Shown here: positions 39,525 to 49,538 of the stretch, piece by piece
Numbering within the stretch: the stretch's first letter is position 1
Layout of the letters: the number at the start of each line of letters is the position of its first letter
From: Candidatus Hydrogenedentota bacterium
Lineage (GTDB): Bacteria > Hydrogenedentota > Hydrogenedentia > Hydrogenedentales > SLHB01
DNA length: 64,000 nt
Assembly: GCA_963674865.2 (NCBI GenBank)
Contig: CAXXYE010000008.1
Location: 128,001-192,000 of the forward strand
Direction of reading: 5' to 3'
Translations under genes and position numbers: made by a program
Notes under the pieces: model-generated
What the model was told of the DNA's origin: nothing
Seen by the model: only the letters and a program-made list of their open reading frames with translations
Databases searched by the model: none

Positions 39525-40462
39525 GCAAGACGAAGGATGCTCTCGTAGAAGAACTGCTCGCCTCGATTGGAATGACGCACGCGCAATTGCTCGGAGAGGA
39601 CGTCGCCCGCCTCCAGGTGCATCACAACAAAGTCATCGGAAGCCACCTGCTGCCCGGCCTGGAAGTGGACGTAGACGAGAAACCCGACGGTATCGCTGCG
39701 GCTATTCGCGTTCGCGAAGGGGTGGCCATCGAGAAGCCGGTGCATGTTTGCTTTGGTATGCTGCCCGAGGAGGGGCTCCAGGAGATCGAGTTGGACGTCG
39801 ATATCGAGCCCGAGGCATCCGCCTCCATCCTCGCCCACTGCACGTTTCCCAACGCCAAGAACGTGGAACACAAGATGGACGCGAGAATTCAGATCGGATC
39901 GGGCGCCACCTACGCCTACTTCGAGCGGCACGTGCACGGCGCGGAAGGCGGTGTCTTCGTGCTGCCGAAGGCGAGCGTCATCGTCGGCGAAGGGGGGCGC
40001 TTCAAGACCGAATTCGAGTTGATCAAAGGACGCGTTGGAGCGATTGATATTCGGTACGACGTGGAGTGCCACTCCCGAAGCGTGCTCGAGATGATCGCGC
40101 GTATCAGCGGCCGGGGGGAAGACAAGATCACCATTCACGAGACGGGCCGGCTTGTCGGCGAGTCCGCACGCGCTGCGCTGACCTCCCATATTGCCCTGCG
40201 CGATGACGCCCGCGCGGAGGTGTATAACACGCTTACGGCAAGCGCGCCCAATACCCGAGGCCACGTAGACTGCAAAGAGATCGTCCAGGGAAACGCCCTT
40301 GCCAAGGCCGTTCCCATTGTCGAGGTAAACGACCCGACGGCGCACGTTACACACGAGGCGGCCATCGGCAGCGTGGACTCCAGGCAGCTGCAAACCCTCC
40401 TCGCACGCGGACTGACGGAAGATGAGGCGGTGGAACTCATCATCGAGGGGCTACTGAGCTAA
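39521..40462 (+). CDS. Short SufB/SufD-family Fe-S scaffold (SmsB type)
   Basis: PVHVCFG, AHCTFPNA, RGHVDCKEIV, THEAAIGSVD, ARGL; ATGA overlap. Confidence 0.9.
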   Translation: MSKTKDALVEELLASIGMTHAQLLGEDVARLQVHHNKVIGSHLLPGLEVDVDEKPDGIAAAIRVREGVAIEKPVHVCFGMLPEEGLQEIELDVDIEPEASASILAHCTFPNAKNVEHKMDARIQIGSGATYAYFERHVHGAEGGVFVLPKASVIVGEGGRFKTEFELIKGRVGAIDIRYDVECHSRSVLEMIARISGRGEDKITIHETGRLVGESARAALTSHIALRDDARAEVYNTLTASAPNTRGHVDCKEIVQGNALAKAVPIVEVNDPTAHVTHEAAIGSVDSRQLQTLLARGLTEDEAVELIIEGLLS

Positions 40463-40551
40463 CCTGTGCTGCGTTTCGTGCCCGTCTTGACTATACTTGG
40501 CTTGGTGTAAACACCGGGGCATTCTCATAGGCCAGACAGGGAGGAAAACTC

Positions 40552-41670
40552 ATGGCGGCGGCACTCATGCTCTTTTCGGCTTTGCTCGCGGCGGATGAAG
40601 CGGAATCCGACCCATTTCCGGGGCGGTTCCGCGAAGACCTGGACGCGTCTCATGACATTCGGCAAGAGCAGTTCAATCAAATTAAACACTACGTTGAGCA
40701 GCTCGCCGGAAAAGCGGACGTCAAGCGCGCCGAATGGTTCGAGCCGGATTTCGCCGATATAGAAACGTATACAAAGTCGCTCGACCCCTTGCGAAAGCGC
40801 GTTCTCGAGCGCATTGGCTTTCCGCCGCCGGACGTCGCCTCTGATATGAAACCCCGCTGGACACTCGTGGCGGAAGACGCCTATGCCAAGATCTACCGCA
40901 TGTGGTACGAGGTGCTCGAAGGCGTCGAGCTCTACAGCATGCTCTGGATCCCGAACGGCCTCGACAAGCCCGCCCCGCTGATCATCTGCCAACACGGCGG
41001 CGACGGTAGCCCGGAGGTCATTGGAGGCGTGAGCGCGAAGGAAGGAGACGGCTCGTTCAACTACGGCTGGATGGTGCAGAAGTCCGTCGAGCAAGGCTAT
41101 GTGGCGTGGGCGCCGAGCCTCATCTTTCGTGTCGGGGGCGTCGAGGAAATCGAGGGGCCGGGCCGGCGGGCGCTCGACAAGCGGGCGCGCTATGTCGGCA
41201 CCTCTATCCTCGCCATCGAGCTGTGGAAGATCATGCGCGGACTGGACGTGGTGCTTGAACGCCCCGAGGTCGACGCGTCCCGCGTGGGCATGATCGGCCT
41301 GTCGTACGGCGGATGCTACACCCTCTACATGGCCGCGCTCGAGCCGCGCATCGACGTGGCCGTGAGTTCGTGCTTCTTCAACGACAGGACGCAGTACGCT
41401 TGGGACGACTGGGCGTACTTCAACGTCTTCAACGAGTTCACCGACCCGGAATTGTGCGCCCTGATCTGTCCCCGGCCGCTGATGATCGAGGTCGGCCAAC
41501 ACGATACGCTCTTTGACGTAGAACCCGCCCGGCGGCAGGCGGAGCGCGCCGGGACGTACTGGGAACGGCTCGGCCTCGCGGAGCGATTCGTCTTCGTGGA
41601 TTTCGACGGCGGCCACGAGTTCTGGGGGCGTCAGGCCTACGATTTCGTGAACCGATTCCTGAAACCGTGA
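40552..41670 (+). CDS. Exported alpha/beta hydrolase (dienelactone hydrolase/esterase-like)
   Basis: CQHGG, nucleophile elbow GLSYGG, ICPRPL, Asp in HDTLF, His in GGHEF. Confidence 0.82.
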   Translation: MAAALMLFSALLAADEAESDPFPGRFREDLDASHDIRQEQFNQIKHYVEQLAGKADVKRAEWFEPDFADIETYTKSLDPLRKRVLERIGFPPPDVASDMKPRWTLVAEDAYAKIYRMWYEVLEGVELYSMLWIPNGLDKPAPLIICQHGGDGSPEVIGGVSAKEGDGSFNYGWMVQKSVEQGYVAWAPSLIFRVGGVEEIEGPGRRALDKRARYVGTSILAIELWKIMRGLDVVLERPEVDASRVGMIGLSYGGCYTLYMAALEPRIDVAVSSCFFNDRTQYAWDDWAYFNVFNEFTDPELCALICPRPLMIEVGQHDTLFDVEPARRQAERAGTYWERLGLAERFVFVDFDGGHEFWGRQAYDFVNRFLKP

Positions 41671-41716
41671 TGGAGCGCTTGGTGTTACCTCGGTGACTGC
41701 CCAAGGAGGGAACAAG

Positions 41717-44065
41717 ATGAACACGACATGCAATCGCGCCCAGAGCATCCTATGCCGGGCCGTTGGCGTTTTGGCGTGCGTCGTGCTGCTGACGGGCTGC
41801 GCGGCCATGCGCGCCGCCACGCAGAGGCCGGCTGGCCCCGCGGCGGGACAAGGTGGCCTCCCGCCGCTTGCGGCGCGCTGGGATCCGAGGGACGCTCAGG
41901 TGGGCGTGGCGGCTATGCCTTTCCCAAAAGACGCGCCCATCCTGGCCCGCGCCGGCCTGGAACTCCTCCAGGTTAACGACGTCTTGCTTCAGAAGCAGGT
42001 GCTTTCTCCCAACGGCCTCGCGCCTCCCGAACGCGCCATCCTCCGCTGGATCGACGACACCCTGCCTGATGTGCTCACCGGCGATGTGGCCTATCCACGC
42101 GATCTGCCCCAGGATGCCGGTTGGACATGGCGCTACCGGCTCGTCGAGGAGAGCGCGGAGGAGGTGCCGTGGCTCCCGGCGATGCGGAACGTGCCGCTGG
42201 ACAAGACCGAATACGAGATGTACCAGCTCGATCTCGAGCACGGCGGCGACACTCTCGGCGTCCGCATGGGCCTGCGCCTCAACGACCGCATCTACTGGTG
42301 GCAATTCATCCGCGCCGATTTTCTCCAACGCGGGCCGGTATTCGACCTCCTGCGCGTCGGCGGGCCCATCTACAATGAGGAGAGCACCATCCAGGCCGAT
42401 CTCTACCTGATCCTGTATGCCAACGGCCTCATCGAAGCCTACGCCCACTTCATCAACAACCAGCGCGAAGGAGTCGGCACCGAGGCCCACGGCATACCGG
42501 TAGTCGCCTTCGACCTACCGGACAAGCCGGCCGTTGACAACACCTTGGACGGAACGCGCGCCGTCTTCGACGTCGGCTCGCACCGGATCAGTCTCGGCCA
42601 ATGCGCCGCCTACGCCGATGCGCAGCGCCCCGGCGCTCTGCGTACGGAAGATGGCCTGGTGGTTTTGCAGGCCTGGATGGATCAGGAGATCTGGGGCGAG
42701 TTGCTCTGCGAGTACGAAGGTATTCCCGAAGAGAACATCGTGCCGGAGAAAGGCCGCAGCGGCACGGGCGATGGATTCTGGGTGGCCAAGCTCGGTGGAC
42801 GGACGATTCCGAGAGGAATGGCGCGCACCCTGCGCTTCACCATGAGCCCAGGCGATATGTCCCCCGAGGTCGTGCGCTATGACGCTCCTGGCTGGTGGCA
42901 TGCGCAGACAGGCGCATTGCCGACGCAAGGCTATCTGCCCACGGAATGGTGGGCTGTGCCGCGCGCCCTTGAGGTCGGCGGCGAAGGATACTTCACGCCC
43001 CACCCCCGGCACGGCCCCTTCGAACTCGGCTGCAGCGGCCGCGATCAAGACGGCACCCTCGGCGCAGCCATGCTGATGTTAGGCTACACCACGGGCGAAA
43101 CCCGATTCTGCACCCACGCCCTGCTCTCGGCCTATTGGTGGGCGGACATCGCCACCGACCACGTGGACTTCACCGTCCACGAGTTGCCGAAATACAGTTG
43201 GCAGTGGATTGTCCAGCCCTACATGCGCTGGACGGAACTCGTCTATGCCTACTGGGAAACCGGCGATCCCTACTTGCTCGAAACCGCCAAGTTCACCGCC
43301 GATGCCTACTATCGGTTCTTCTGGACAAACCGTCCCCACCGTTTCGTCGGCCGCGACGCTCTGCCTTGTTCCGGACTTCTGGCCCTCTGGCAAGCGACGG
43401 GCCAGTACATGTACCTCCAAAGGATGGGGGAGATCATCGCCGAGGGGCGCCGCTCCTATGGGCAGACGGATGACTACTGGCCCGGACATCAGTCCGGCTG
43501 CGGGCCGAACGGCGTGGCCCGGCAGCCCAGCTACGATTACATCCCCATGGTGCTGGCGCGCGTACAGACTCAGTACCTTGAGGCAATGAAGGGGCGTTGG
43601 CGTAGCGATGAAGAAGCCGGCTGGGACTTCATCCGCTCCATGCTCGAGCTTGTGGACAGCCACGAGAAGGGCGATTGGGCCAAGCGGGCCGTGGATCTAT
43701 CCTACTTCCCCTTCATCGCCATGGCCGAACACTTTCCCGACGAGGCCGACTACTGGCTCGATATGATGAACCGCTGGAACGCCGAGATGGAAATGCCCGA
43801 TACCCACGACGGTGGCAAGGCCTATTCGTGGGTGATGAGCGCCATCCGCTTCGACGCCTGGGCCTGGGGCGCGCGCTGGGAGGACGGCACGCTAGTCCTT
43901 TCTCCAAGCACGAAGCTCCTCGAAGATCCCCGTGCCCCTGAGACCGCCCGTATCTGGACCCCCGAAGGCTGGGTGACACTCGCCTATGCCAACGGCGAGG
44001 CCCGCGCCGTCAGTCCGAAAGGCTTCCCGGTGGAAGTTGCATCAAATCGCGAGGGCGCCCATTGA
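41717..44065 (+). CDS. Large hypothetical lipoprotein, probable alpha/alpha-toroid C-terminal domain
   Basis: Lipobox LLTGC; repeats LGYTTGETRF, AYWETGDPYLLETA, LWQATGQYMYL. Confidence 0.65.
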   Translation: MNTTCNRAQSILCRAVGVLACVVLLTGCAAMRAATQRPAGPAAGQGGLPPLAARWDPRDAQVGVAAMPFPKDAPILARAGLELLQVNDVLLQKQVLSPNGLAPPERAILRWIDDTLPDVLTGDVAYPRDLPQDAGWTWRYRLVEESAEEVPWLPAMRNVPLDKTEYEMYQLDLEHGGDTLGVRMGLRLNDRIYWWQFIRADFLQRGPVFDLLRVGGPIYNEESTIQADLYLILYANGLIEAYAHFINNQREGVGTEAHGIPVVAFDLPDKPAVDNTLDGTRAVFDVGSHRISLGQCAAYADAQRPGALRTEDGLVVLQAWMDQEIWGELLCEYEGIPEENIVPEKGRSGTGDGFWVAKLGGRTIPRGMARTLRFTMSPGDMSPEVVRYDAPGWWHAQTGALPTQGYLPTEWWAVPRALEVGGEGYFTPHPRHGPFELGCSGRDQDGTLGAAMLMLGYTTGETRFCTHALLSAYWWADIATDHVDFTVHELPKYSWQWIVQPYMRWTELVYAYWETGDPYLLETAKFTADAYYRFFWTNRPHRFVGRDALPCSGLLALWQATGQYMYLQRMGEIIAEGRRSYGQTDDYWPGHQSGCGPNGVARQPSYDYIPMVLARVQTQYLEAMKGRWRSDEEAGWDFIRSMLELVDSHEKGDWAKRAVDLSYFPFIAMAEHFPDEADYWLDMMNRWNAEMEMPDTHDGGKAYSWVMSAIRFDAWAWGARWEDGTLVLSPSTKLLEDPRAPETARIWTPEGWVTLAYANGEARAVSPKGFPVEVASNREGAH

Positions 44066-44108
44066 TGCCGGTGTGCATTACAGAAAGTTCTCCGAGGCGG
44101 GTGTAGCG

Positions 44109-44861
44109 ATGGCTCAGACGAAGCTGCCCGTAGGCAAGTCGGTGCGCGTGTCCATGCTTGTGGCGGGACTCGCGCTGTGCTTCCTTGCCTACATCTACAG
44201 AGCCCAGTTCCGCGCACTGGTGCTGCCGGGAGTCTTCACCGTCTCGGGGCGTGTGCATCAATACGGCGAAGTTGTTGAAGCGCGTTTGGCCTCGGATTTC
44301 GAGCGGGCCGAGTTGCCCTACCCGCCCGCGAAGATGATTCTCGTTGCTCTGAAGCGGGAGATGAAGATCGAGGTATGGGCGGCGGCGGCCGAAGGGCGTT
44401 TCAAGCTCGTGCGCACCTATCCCATTCTGGCGGCGAGCGGAACGCTCGGGCCAAAGCTGCGGGAAGGCGATAGGCAGGTTCCGGAGGGCGTGTATCGCGT
44501 CGAGTCGCTGAATCCGAACAGCGCTTTCCATCTTGCATTGCGCCTGAATTATCCGAACGCATTTGATCGAGCAAAGGCCCAACTCGATGGGCGGAGCGAT
44601 CTCGGCTCGGACATCATGATCCACGGGCCGTCATCCTCCATCGGCTGCTTGGCGGTGACCGAGGAAGCGGCCGAGGATCTATTCGTCCTGGCGGCCGAAA
44701 CGAGGCCTCGCAATATCGCCGTGATTATCAGTCCGCTGGATCTCAGGAGTTTGGATGTGCCGAACGACGTGCCCAATCTGCCGGATTGGACTTCTGATCT
44801 CTACAACACCATCCGGGCTGCTCTGAAAGAGTTGGATAGAGGTTTTGAATCAACGGAGTGA
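44109..44861 (+). CDS. L,D-transpeptidase (YkuD) family protein, YafK/DpaA-like
   Basis: GPKLREGDRQVPEGVY, NPNSAFHLALRLNYPN, IMIHG..SIGC. Confidence 0.9.
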   Translation: MAQTKLPVGKSVRVSMLVAGLALCFLAYIYRAQFRALVLPGVFTVSGRVHQYGEVVEARLASDFERAELPYPPAKMILVALKREMKIEVWAAAAEGRFKLVRTYPILAASGTLGPKLREGDRQVPEGVYRVESLNPNSAFHLALRLNYPNAFDRAKAQLDGRSDLGSDIMIHGPSSSIGCLAVTEEAAEDLFVLAAETRPRNIAVIISPLDLRSLDVPNDVPNLPDWTSDLYNTIRAALKELDRGFESTE

Positions 44862-45008
44862 GCCGTGCCATACACAGCGGCTTGTGGAGCAGAGGTCGCC
44901 CTGCCGTCGGGCGCGTCGCTGCACGACGCGTCCGCGCCTGCGCGATAGTGTACACTGGAGACGTACGCGTGCTATTATGCACAACGTGGCACAAACGGGG
45001 ATCACGGC

Positions 45009-46172
45009 ATGCCAACTCTTCAAGTATGCTTCAGGCGCCATTGGCGCGGCTTCATCTTCCTCGGGGCGGCAATCGCCGTTGCCCCGGTGCTCTCCTGCCG
45101 CAGCGATCCGCCGCCGCCCCCCCTCGATAAGACCTTCGACGGCAATACGCGCGATCTTCGGCAAACTCAGGTTGCTCCCACGCTCGATACGCCTATGGAA
45201 GAGGGGAAGAACGTCGTGTGGTGTGCCACCTTCGCCGCGGGATGGAAGAAGTTCCAAGAGGATGTCTTGGATGAACCGGTAGCGCTGGAGGGCGCCGACG
45301 CTGCCTGCGCCCGGCTGAACGCGGCGCCGAATCCCGAAGCGGATCTTCCTGAGGGCGATCACTACACGGCTGCGGGCTGGGAAGACCAAGGCATTGTCGG
45401 CAAGGTTCATCAAGACATGGCCAAGCTCTTCCCCCAGAAGCGGGCGCCGACCTTCCCCGGCATCATTCCAGGCTCTTTTCTTATGTATGCGTACCTGGAC
45501 ACTGGCGTCCCGTTCACTATTCCCTACTTCGAGAGCCGTGAGCCCCTTGTGTTTGTTGACAGCGCCGGCAGAGCCACGCAGATTAGGGCCTTCGGACTGC
45601 GCCAATCCGATACGGATCGCTACTATTCGCTCAGAAAACAAGCCCATGTCCTTTTTGCCACAGTCGAGGAGACTGAAGATACGCGCGCGGCCAAGGAATT
45701 TGCCATCGATCTCTGCCGCGACTCGACGCCGAATCAGCTTGTGTTCGCACGTGTCGAACCTAAGGGGACGCTGGCCTCGACGCTGAAGACTATCGAAGAG
45801 AAGAGCCGCGCCTTTCAGGAGGGGCGGCCCGAGAAAGGATTAGGAGGCGAGGACTCGCTTCTCGTACCGGACATGTTCTGGCGGCTCGATCATCACTTCG
45901 CCGAGTTTGAGGATAGACCGTTCAAGAACACGCGATTAGGCCATCAGGCCATGAGCGTGGCCCGCCAGGATATCCAGTTCCGAATGGATCGCAGCGGCGC
46001 GGAACTGTCGTCAGAAGCTGAGGCGTACAACTATTCGACCCTGGGAGTTACCTATACCGGCGAAGGCCCCTTCCTGATCTACATCAAGAAGCGCGGAGCG
46101 AAGCAGCCCTTCTTCGCCCTCTGGATCGATAACGCCGAACTGCTCCAGCCATGGCCGAGTGGTAAAGAGTAG
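45009..46172 (+). CDS. Serpin-like lipoprotein, copy 1
   Basis: Lipobox VLSC; C-terminal QDIQFRMDRSGAELSSEA..GPFLIYIKK..PFFALWI resembles the serpin hinge and signature. Confidence 0.6.
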   Translation: MPTLQVCFRRHWRGFIFLGAAIAVAPVLSCRSDPPPPPLDKTFDGNTRDLRQTQVAPTLDTPMEEGKNVVWCATFAAGWKKFQEDVLDEPVALEGADAACARLNAAPNPEADLPEGDHYTAAGWEDQGIVGKVHQDMAKLFPQKRAPTFPGIIPGSFLMYAYLDTGVPFTIPYFESREPLVFVDSAGRATQIRAFGLRQSDTDRYYSLRKQAHVLFATVEETEDTRAAKEFAIDLCRDSTPNQLVFARVEPKGTLASTLKTIEEKSRAFQEGRPEKGLGGEDSLLVPDMFWRLDHHFAEFEDRPFKNTRLGHQAMSVARQDIQFRMDRSGAELSSEAEAYNYSTLGVTYTGEGPFLIYIKKRGAKQPFFALWIDNAELLQPWPSGKE

Positions 46173-46310
46173 ACTACATTCCAGACCTCTGCGACTCCCC
46201 CGGAGTAGGGATTTCGACCCGCTTGTCGGCTGCTCCGGCTGCCCCGATAGCATGCACTGCAAAAGTATACGTGCTATTATGCGTGACGTAGCGCAAAGGA
46301 GGATGACGGT

Positions 46311-47474
46311 ATGCCGAATCTTCACGTATGCTCCAGGCGCCACTGGCGTGTCTTCGTCTTCTGTGGGGCGGGAATCGCCGTTGCGCTCATGCTTTCCTGC
46401 CGTAGCGATCCACCCGCGCCGCCGCTCGATAAGACCTTAGACGGCAATACAAGTGATCTCCGGCAAACTCAGATTGTTCCCACCCTCGACACGCCCATGG
46501 AGGAGGGGAAGAACGTCGTGTGGTGTGCCACCTTCGCGGCGGGATGGAAGAAGTTCCAAGAGGATGTCTTGAATGAACCGGTAGCGCTGGAGGGCGCCGA
46601 CGCTGCCTGCGCCCGGCTGAACGCGGCGCCGAATCCCGAAGCGGATCTTCCTGAGGGCGATTACTACACGGCTGCGGGCTGGGAAGACCAAGGCATCATC
46701 GGCAAGGTTCATCAAGACATGGCCAACCTGTTTCCCCAGAAGCCGGAGCCGACCTTCGCCGGTATCATTCCAGGCTCCTTTCTGATGTACGCGTACCTTG
46801 ACACTGGCGTCCCGTTCACTATTCCCTACTTCGAGAGCCGTGAGCCCCTTGTGTTTGTTGACAGCGCCGGCAAAGTCACGCAGATCAGATCCTTCGGATT
46901 GCGCGAAGCCGATAGGGACCGGTATGGCCCGCTCAGGCAGCAGGCACGCGTTCTCTTTGCCGTCATTGAGGAGACTGAAGATACACGTGTGGCCAACGAA
47001 TTCGCCATCGATCTCTGCCGCGACTCGGCGCCGAATCAACTCGTGTTTGCGCGCGTGGAATCCAAGGGCAACTTGGCCTCGACGCTGAAGACTATCGAAG
47101 AGAAGATCCGAGCATTTCAGGAAGAGTGGCCCGACATGGGCCTGGGAGGAGAGGACCTGCTTCTCGTGCCGGACATGTTCTGGCGGCTCGAGCATCATTT
47201 CGCCGAGTTCGAGGGGAAATCCTTCAAGAACACGCACCTGAGCCAACAAGACATGACCGTGGCCCGCCAGGATATCCAATTCCGAATGGATCGCAGCGGC
47301 GCGGAACTGTCGTCAGAAGCTGAGGCCCACTGGCCGTCTGCCCAAGGCGGGACCTATACCGGCGAGGGGCCCTTCCTGATCTACATCAAGAAGCGCGGAG
47401 CGAAGCAGCCCTTCTTCGTTCTCTGGATCGACAACGCCGAACTGCTCCAGCCATGGCCGAGTGAAAATCGGTAG
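46311..47474 (+). CDS. Serpin-like lipoprotein, copy 2 (tandem paralog, 1302-bp period)
   Basis: Same length (387 aa), colinear, long near-identical DNA blocks shared with copy 1. Confidence 0.6.
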   Translation: MPNLHVCSRRHWRVFVFCGAGIAVALMLSCRSDPPAPPLDKTLDGNTSDLRQTQIVPTLDTPMEEGKNVVWCATFAAGWKKFQEDVLNEPVALEGADAACARLNAAPNPEADLPEGDYYTAAGWEDQGIIGKVHQDMANLFPQKPEPTFAGIIPGSFLMYAYLDTGVPFTIPYFESREPLVFVDSAGKVTQIRSFGLREADRDRYGPLRQQARVLFAVIEETEDTRVANEFAIDLCRDSAPNQLVFARVESKGNLASTLKTIEEKIRAFQEEWPDMGLGGEDLLLVPDMFWRLEHHFAEFEGKSFKNTHLSQQDMTVARQDIQFRMDRSGAELSSEAEAHWPSAQGGTYTGEGPFLIYIKKRGAKQPFFVLWIDNAELLQPWPSENR

Positions 47475-47516
47475 AGCAAGGCCCATCGCGTCCTTCTGCC
47501 CTGCATCGCGCAGACT

Positions 47517-48722
47517 TCAGGCCAGGTGTTCTGCGATGCGGTCGAGCAGGACTTGGGCGAGTTCATCCTTGGTGAGGAGGTCGAGTTCATCAACACTGCC
47601 GTCGGCGTCGATGATGGCGGCGCGGGTGGTATCCGTCCCGAAATCGGATCCCGCTTCGCCGATCTGATTGGCGACGATGAAGTCCAGGTTCTTCCTTCTG
47701 AGCTTCTGTGTGGCGTTTCGGATGAGATCGCTCGTCTCGGCGGCAAATCCGACCAGCACCTGCCCCGGCCGCTTCGCTTCGCCGAGCCCGGCGAGGATGT
47801 CGGGATTCTCGGTGAGAGTGAGGGTGACCGGCTGGCCGTCGCGCTTGTGCTTCTCGGACGAGGGGCTTTCGACGCGGTAGTCGGCGACCGCGGCCGCTCC
47901 GACGACGATGTCCGCATTCTGGGCGAGAGACTTTACCGCGAGGCCCATCTCGTTGGCCGTCTTCACGTTAACGACTTCCGCGCCGTGCGGGGGCGCCACG
48001 TTCGCGGGGCCGGTGATGACGGTTACCACGGCGCCCCGGGCCAGGGCCTCCAACGCGAGGGCGCGGCCCATCTTGCCGGACGAGCGATTCCCGATGTAGC
48101 GCGCCGGATCGATGGCCTCGTGATTCGCCCCGCTCGTGATGAGGACGCGTTTCCCAGCGAGGTCATCCCGGCCCGAAACCAGCGGCGCAGCCGCCTCGAT
48201 GACCGTCATCGGCTCGATCAAGCGGCCCGGCCCCTCCGTTCCGCAGGCCAAGCGGCCCGACCCCGGGCCGACGAACCGGCAACCGCGCGTCCGGAGCGTC
48301 TCGATGTTGGCTTGCGTGGCAGGGTGCGTGTACATGTTCGTGTTCATGGCCGGCGCGAACAGGATGGGCGCGCGCGTGGCCAAGAGCGTGGTGCTGAGCC
48401 AGTCGTCGGCGATGCCGTGGGCGGCTTTGGCCAGGATATTGGCGGTGGCGGGGGCGATGAGGAACAAGTCGGCGCGTGTGGCAACGGCGATGTGTTCGAC
48501 CTCGGGATTCTGGAGGGGCTCGAACATCTCGATGATGGCCCGGTTGCCCGTGATGGCTTCCAGAGTCGCCGGCCCGATCAGTGCCCGCGCCGAATGCGTC
48601 AGCACCGGCGTTACACGGGCGCCGAATTCGACGAGACGCGACGCGATTTCGCACGCCTTATAGGCGGCGATGGACCCCGTCACGCCAAGGACGATTTCCT
48701 TATTCGAGAAAATCTTCTTCAT
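47517..48722 (-). CDS. coaBC: Phosphopantothenoylcysteine decarboxylase/ligase
   Basis: GVTGSIAAYKA, APATAN, PAMNTNM, LACG, IGNRSSGKMG, AAVADY, VGFAAET. Confidence 0.97.
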   Translation of the reverse strand: MKKIFSNKEIVLGVTGSIAAYKACEIASRLVEFGARVTPVLTHSARALIGPATLEAITGNRAIIEMFEPLQNPEVEHIAVATRADLFLIAPATANILAKAAHGIADDWLSTTLLATRAPILFAPAMNTNMYTHPATQANIETLRTRGCRFVGPGSGRLACGTEGPGRLIEPMTVIEAAAPLVSGRDDLAGKRVLITSGANHEAIDPARYIGNRSSGKMGRALALEALARGAVVTVITGPANVAPPHGAEVVNVKTANEMGLAVKSLAQNADIVVGAAAVADYRVESPSSEKHKRDGQPVTLTLTENPDILAGLGEAKRPGQVLVGFAAETSDLIRNATQKLRRKNLDFIVANQIGEAGSDFGTDTTRAAIIDADGSVDELDLLTKDELAQVLLDRIAEHLA

Positions 48723-48924
48723 CGCTGCCGCCGGTTCGATACGAAACCTTGCCGTCGAGAATCTCCTCGAGGGCGGCGGTGGTGGGCTTCTTCTGGCTAC
48801 CGCCTGCGAGAAGCGAACGCGCGTCCGGCCGGTTGAGTTGCTTGGCCCGGTGGGCCGCTATCACGACGAGCCGATACAGGCTGTCGATCCTGTTTTCGAA
48901 CTGCTCAATTGACAATTGATCCAT
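48700..48924 (-). CDS. rpoZ: RNA polymerase omega subunit
   Basis: SLYRLVVIAAHRAKQL, KPTTAALEEI; lies between gmk and coaBC. Confidence 0.93.
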   Translation of the reverse strand: MDQLSIEQFENRIDSLYRLVVIAAHRAKQLNRPDARSLLAGGSQKKPTTAALEEILDGKVSYRTGGSDEEDFLE

Positions 48925-48946
48925 GGATGGCTACTCCCAAACGCTG

Positions 48947-49528
48947 TTATTCTTCTGATGCATCATGCCTATTCCGGCGCAGAATCCGCTCCAATTCCTG
49001 AACGGCTTCCACCACCGTGTCGTTGACAATCACGTGGTCATACTCGCCGCGCGCCGCCATCTCCTCTTCGGCGTTGCGCAGCCGCAGGGCAATCTCCTCC
49101 GGGTGGTCGGTTCCGCGTTCGCGCAACCGGCGGCCCAGCTCCTCCAGAGACGGCGGCGCGATGAAGATAGTGACCGCATCCGGATACACCGCCTTGACGC
49201 TCCTCATGCCCTGCACGTCCAACTCAAGGATCACGTCGCTGCCCGACGCGATGAGGCGCTCCAATTCCTCGCGGAGCGTACCGTAATGGTAGCCGTGGAC
49301 GTTGGCCCACTCGACAAAGTCGCCCGCATCGACCCGCGCACGAAACGCGTCCTCGCTCAGGAAGCAATAGTCCCTCCCGGGCACCTCACCGGGCCGCGGC
49401 GGACGCGTCGTCGCCGACACGCTGTATTCTAGCCCTTCGTTGCGCTCGAAGACCTCATGAAGCAACGTGTGCTTGCCGGCGCCCGAAGGCGCTGAGACGA
49501 CGTAGACTTTGGGAGTTGCTGCCGGCAT
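48947..49528 (-). CDS. gmk: Guanylate kinase
   Basis: SAPSGAGK, SVSATTRPPRPGE..GRDY, YGT, LDVQG, FIAPPS. Confidence 0.96.
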   Translation of the reverse strand: MPAATPKVYVVSAPSGAGKHTLLHEVFERNEGLEYSVSATTRPPRPGEVPGRDYCFLSEDAFRARVDAGDFVEWANVHGYHYGTLREELERLIASGSDVILELDVQGMRSVKAVYPDAVTIFIAPPSLEELGRRLRERGTDHPEEIALRLRNAEEEMAARGEYDHVIVNDTVVEAVQELERILRRNRHDASEE

Positions 49529-49538
49529 CGGCGTTCGT

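Noticed and set aside
45009..47474. Diversity-generating retroelement as the source of the variable loop
   Set aside because: No reverse transcriptase or template repeat in the window, and the changes are not adenine-specific.
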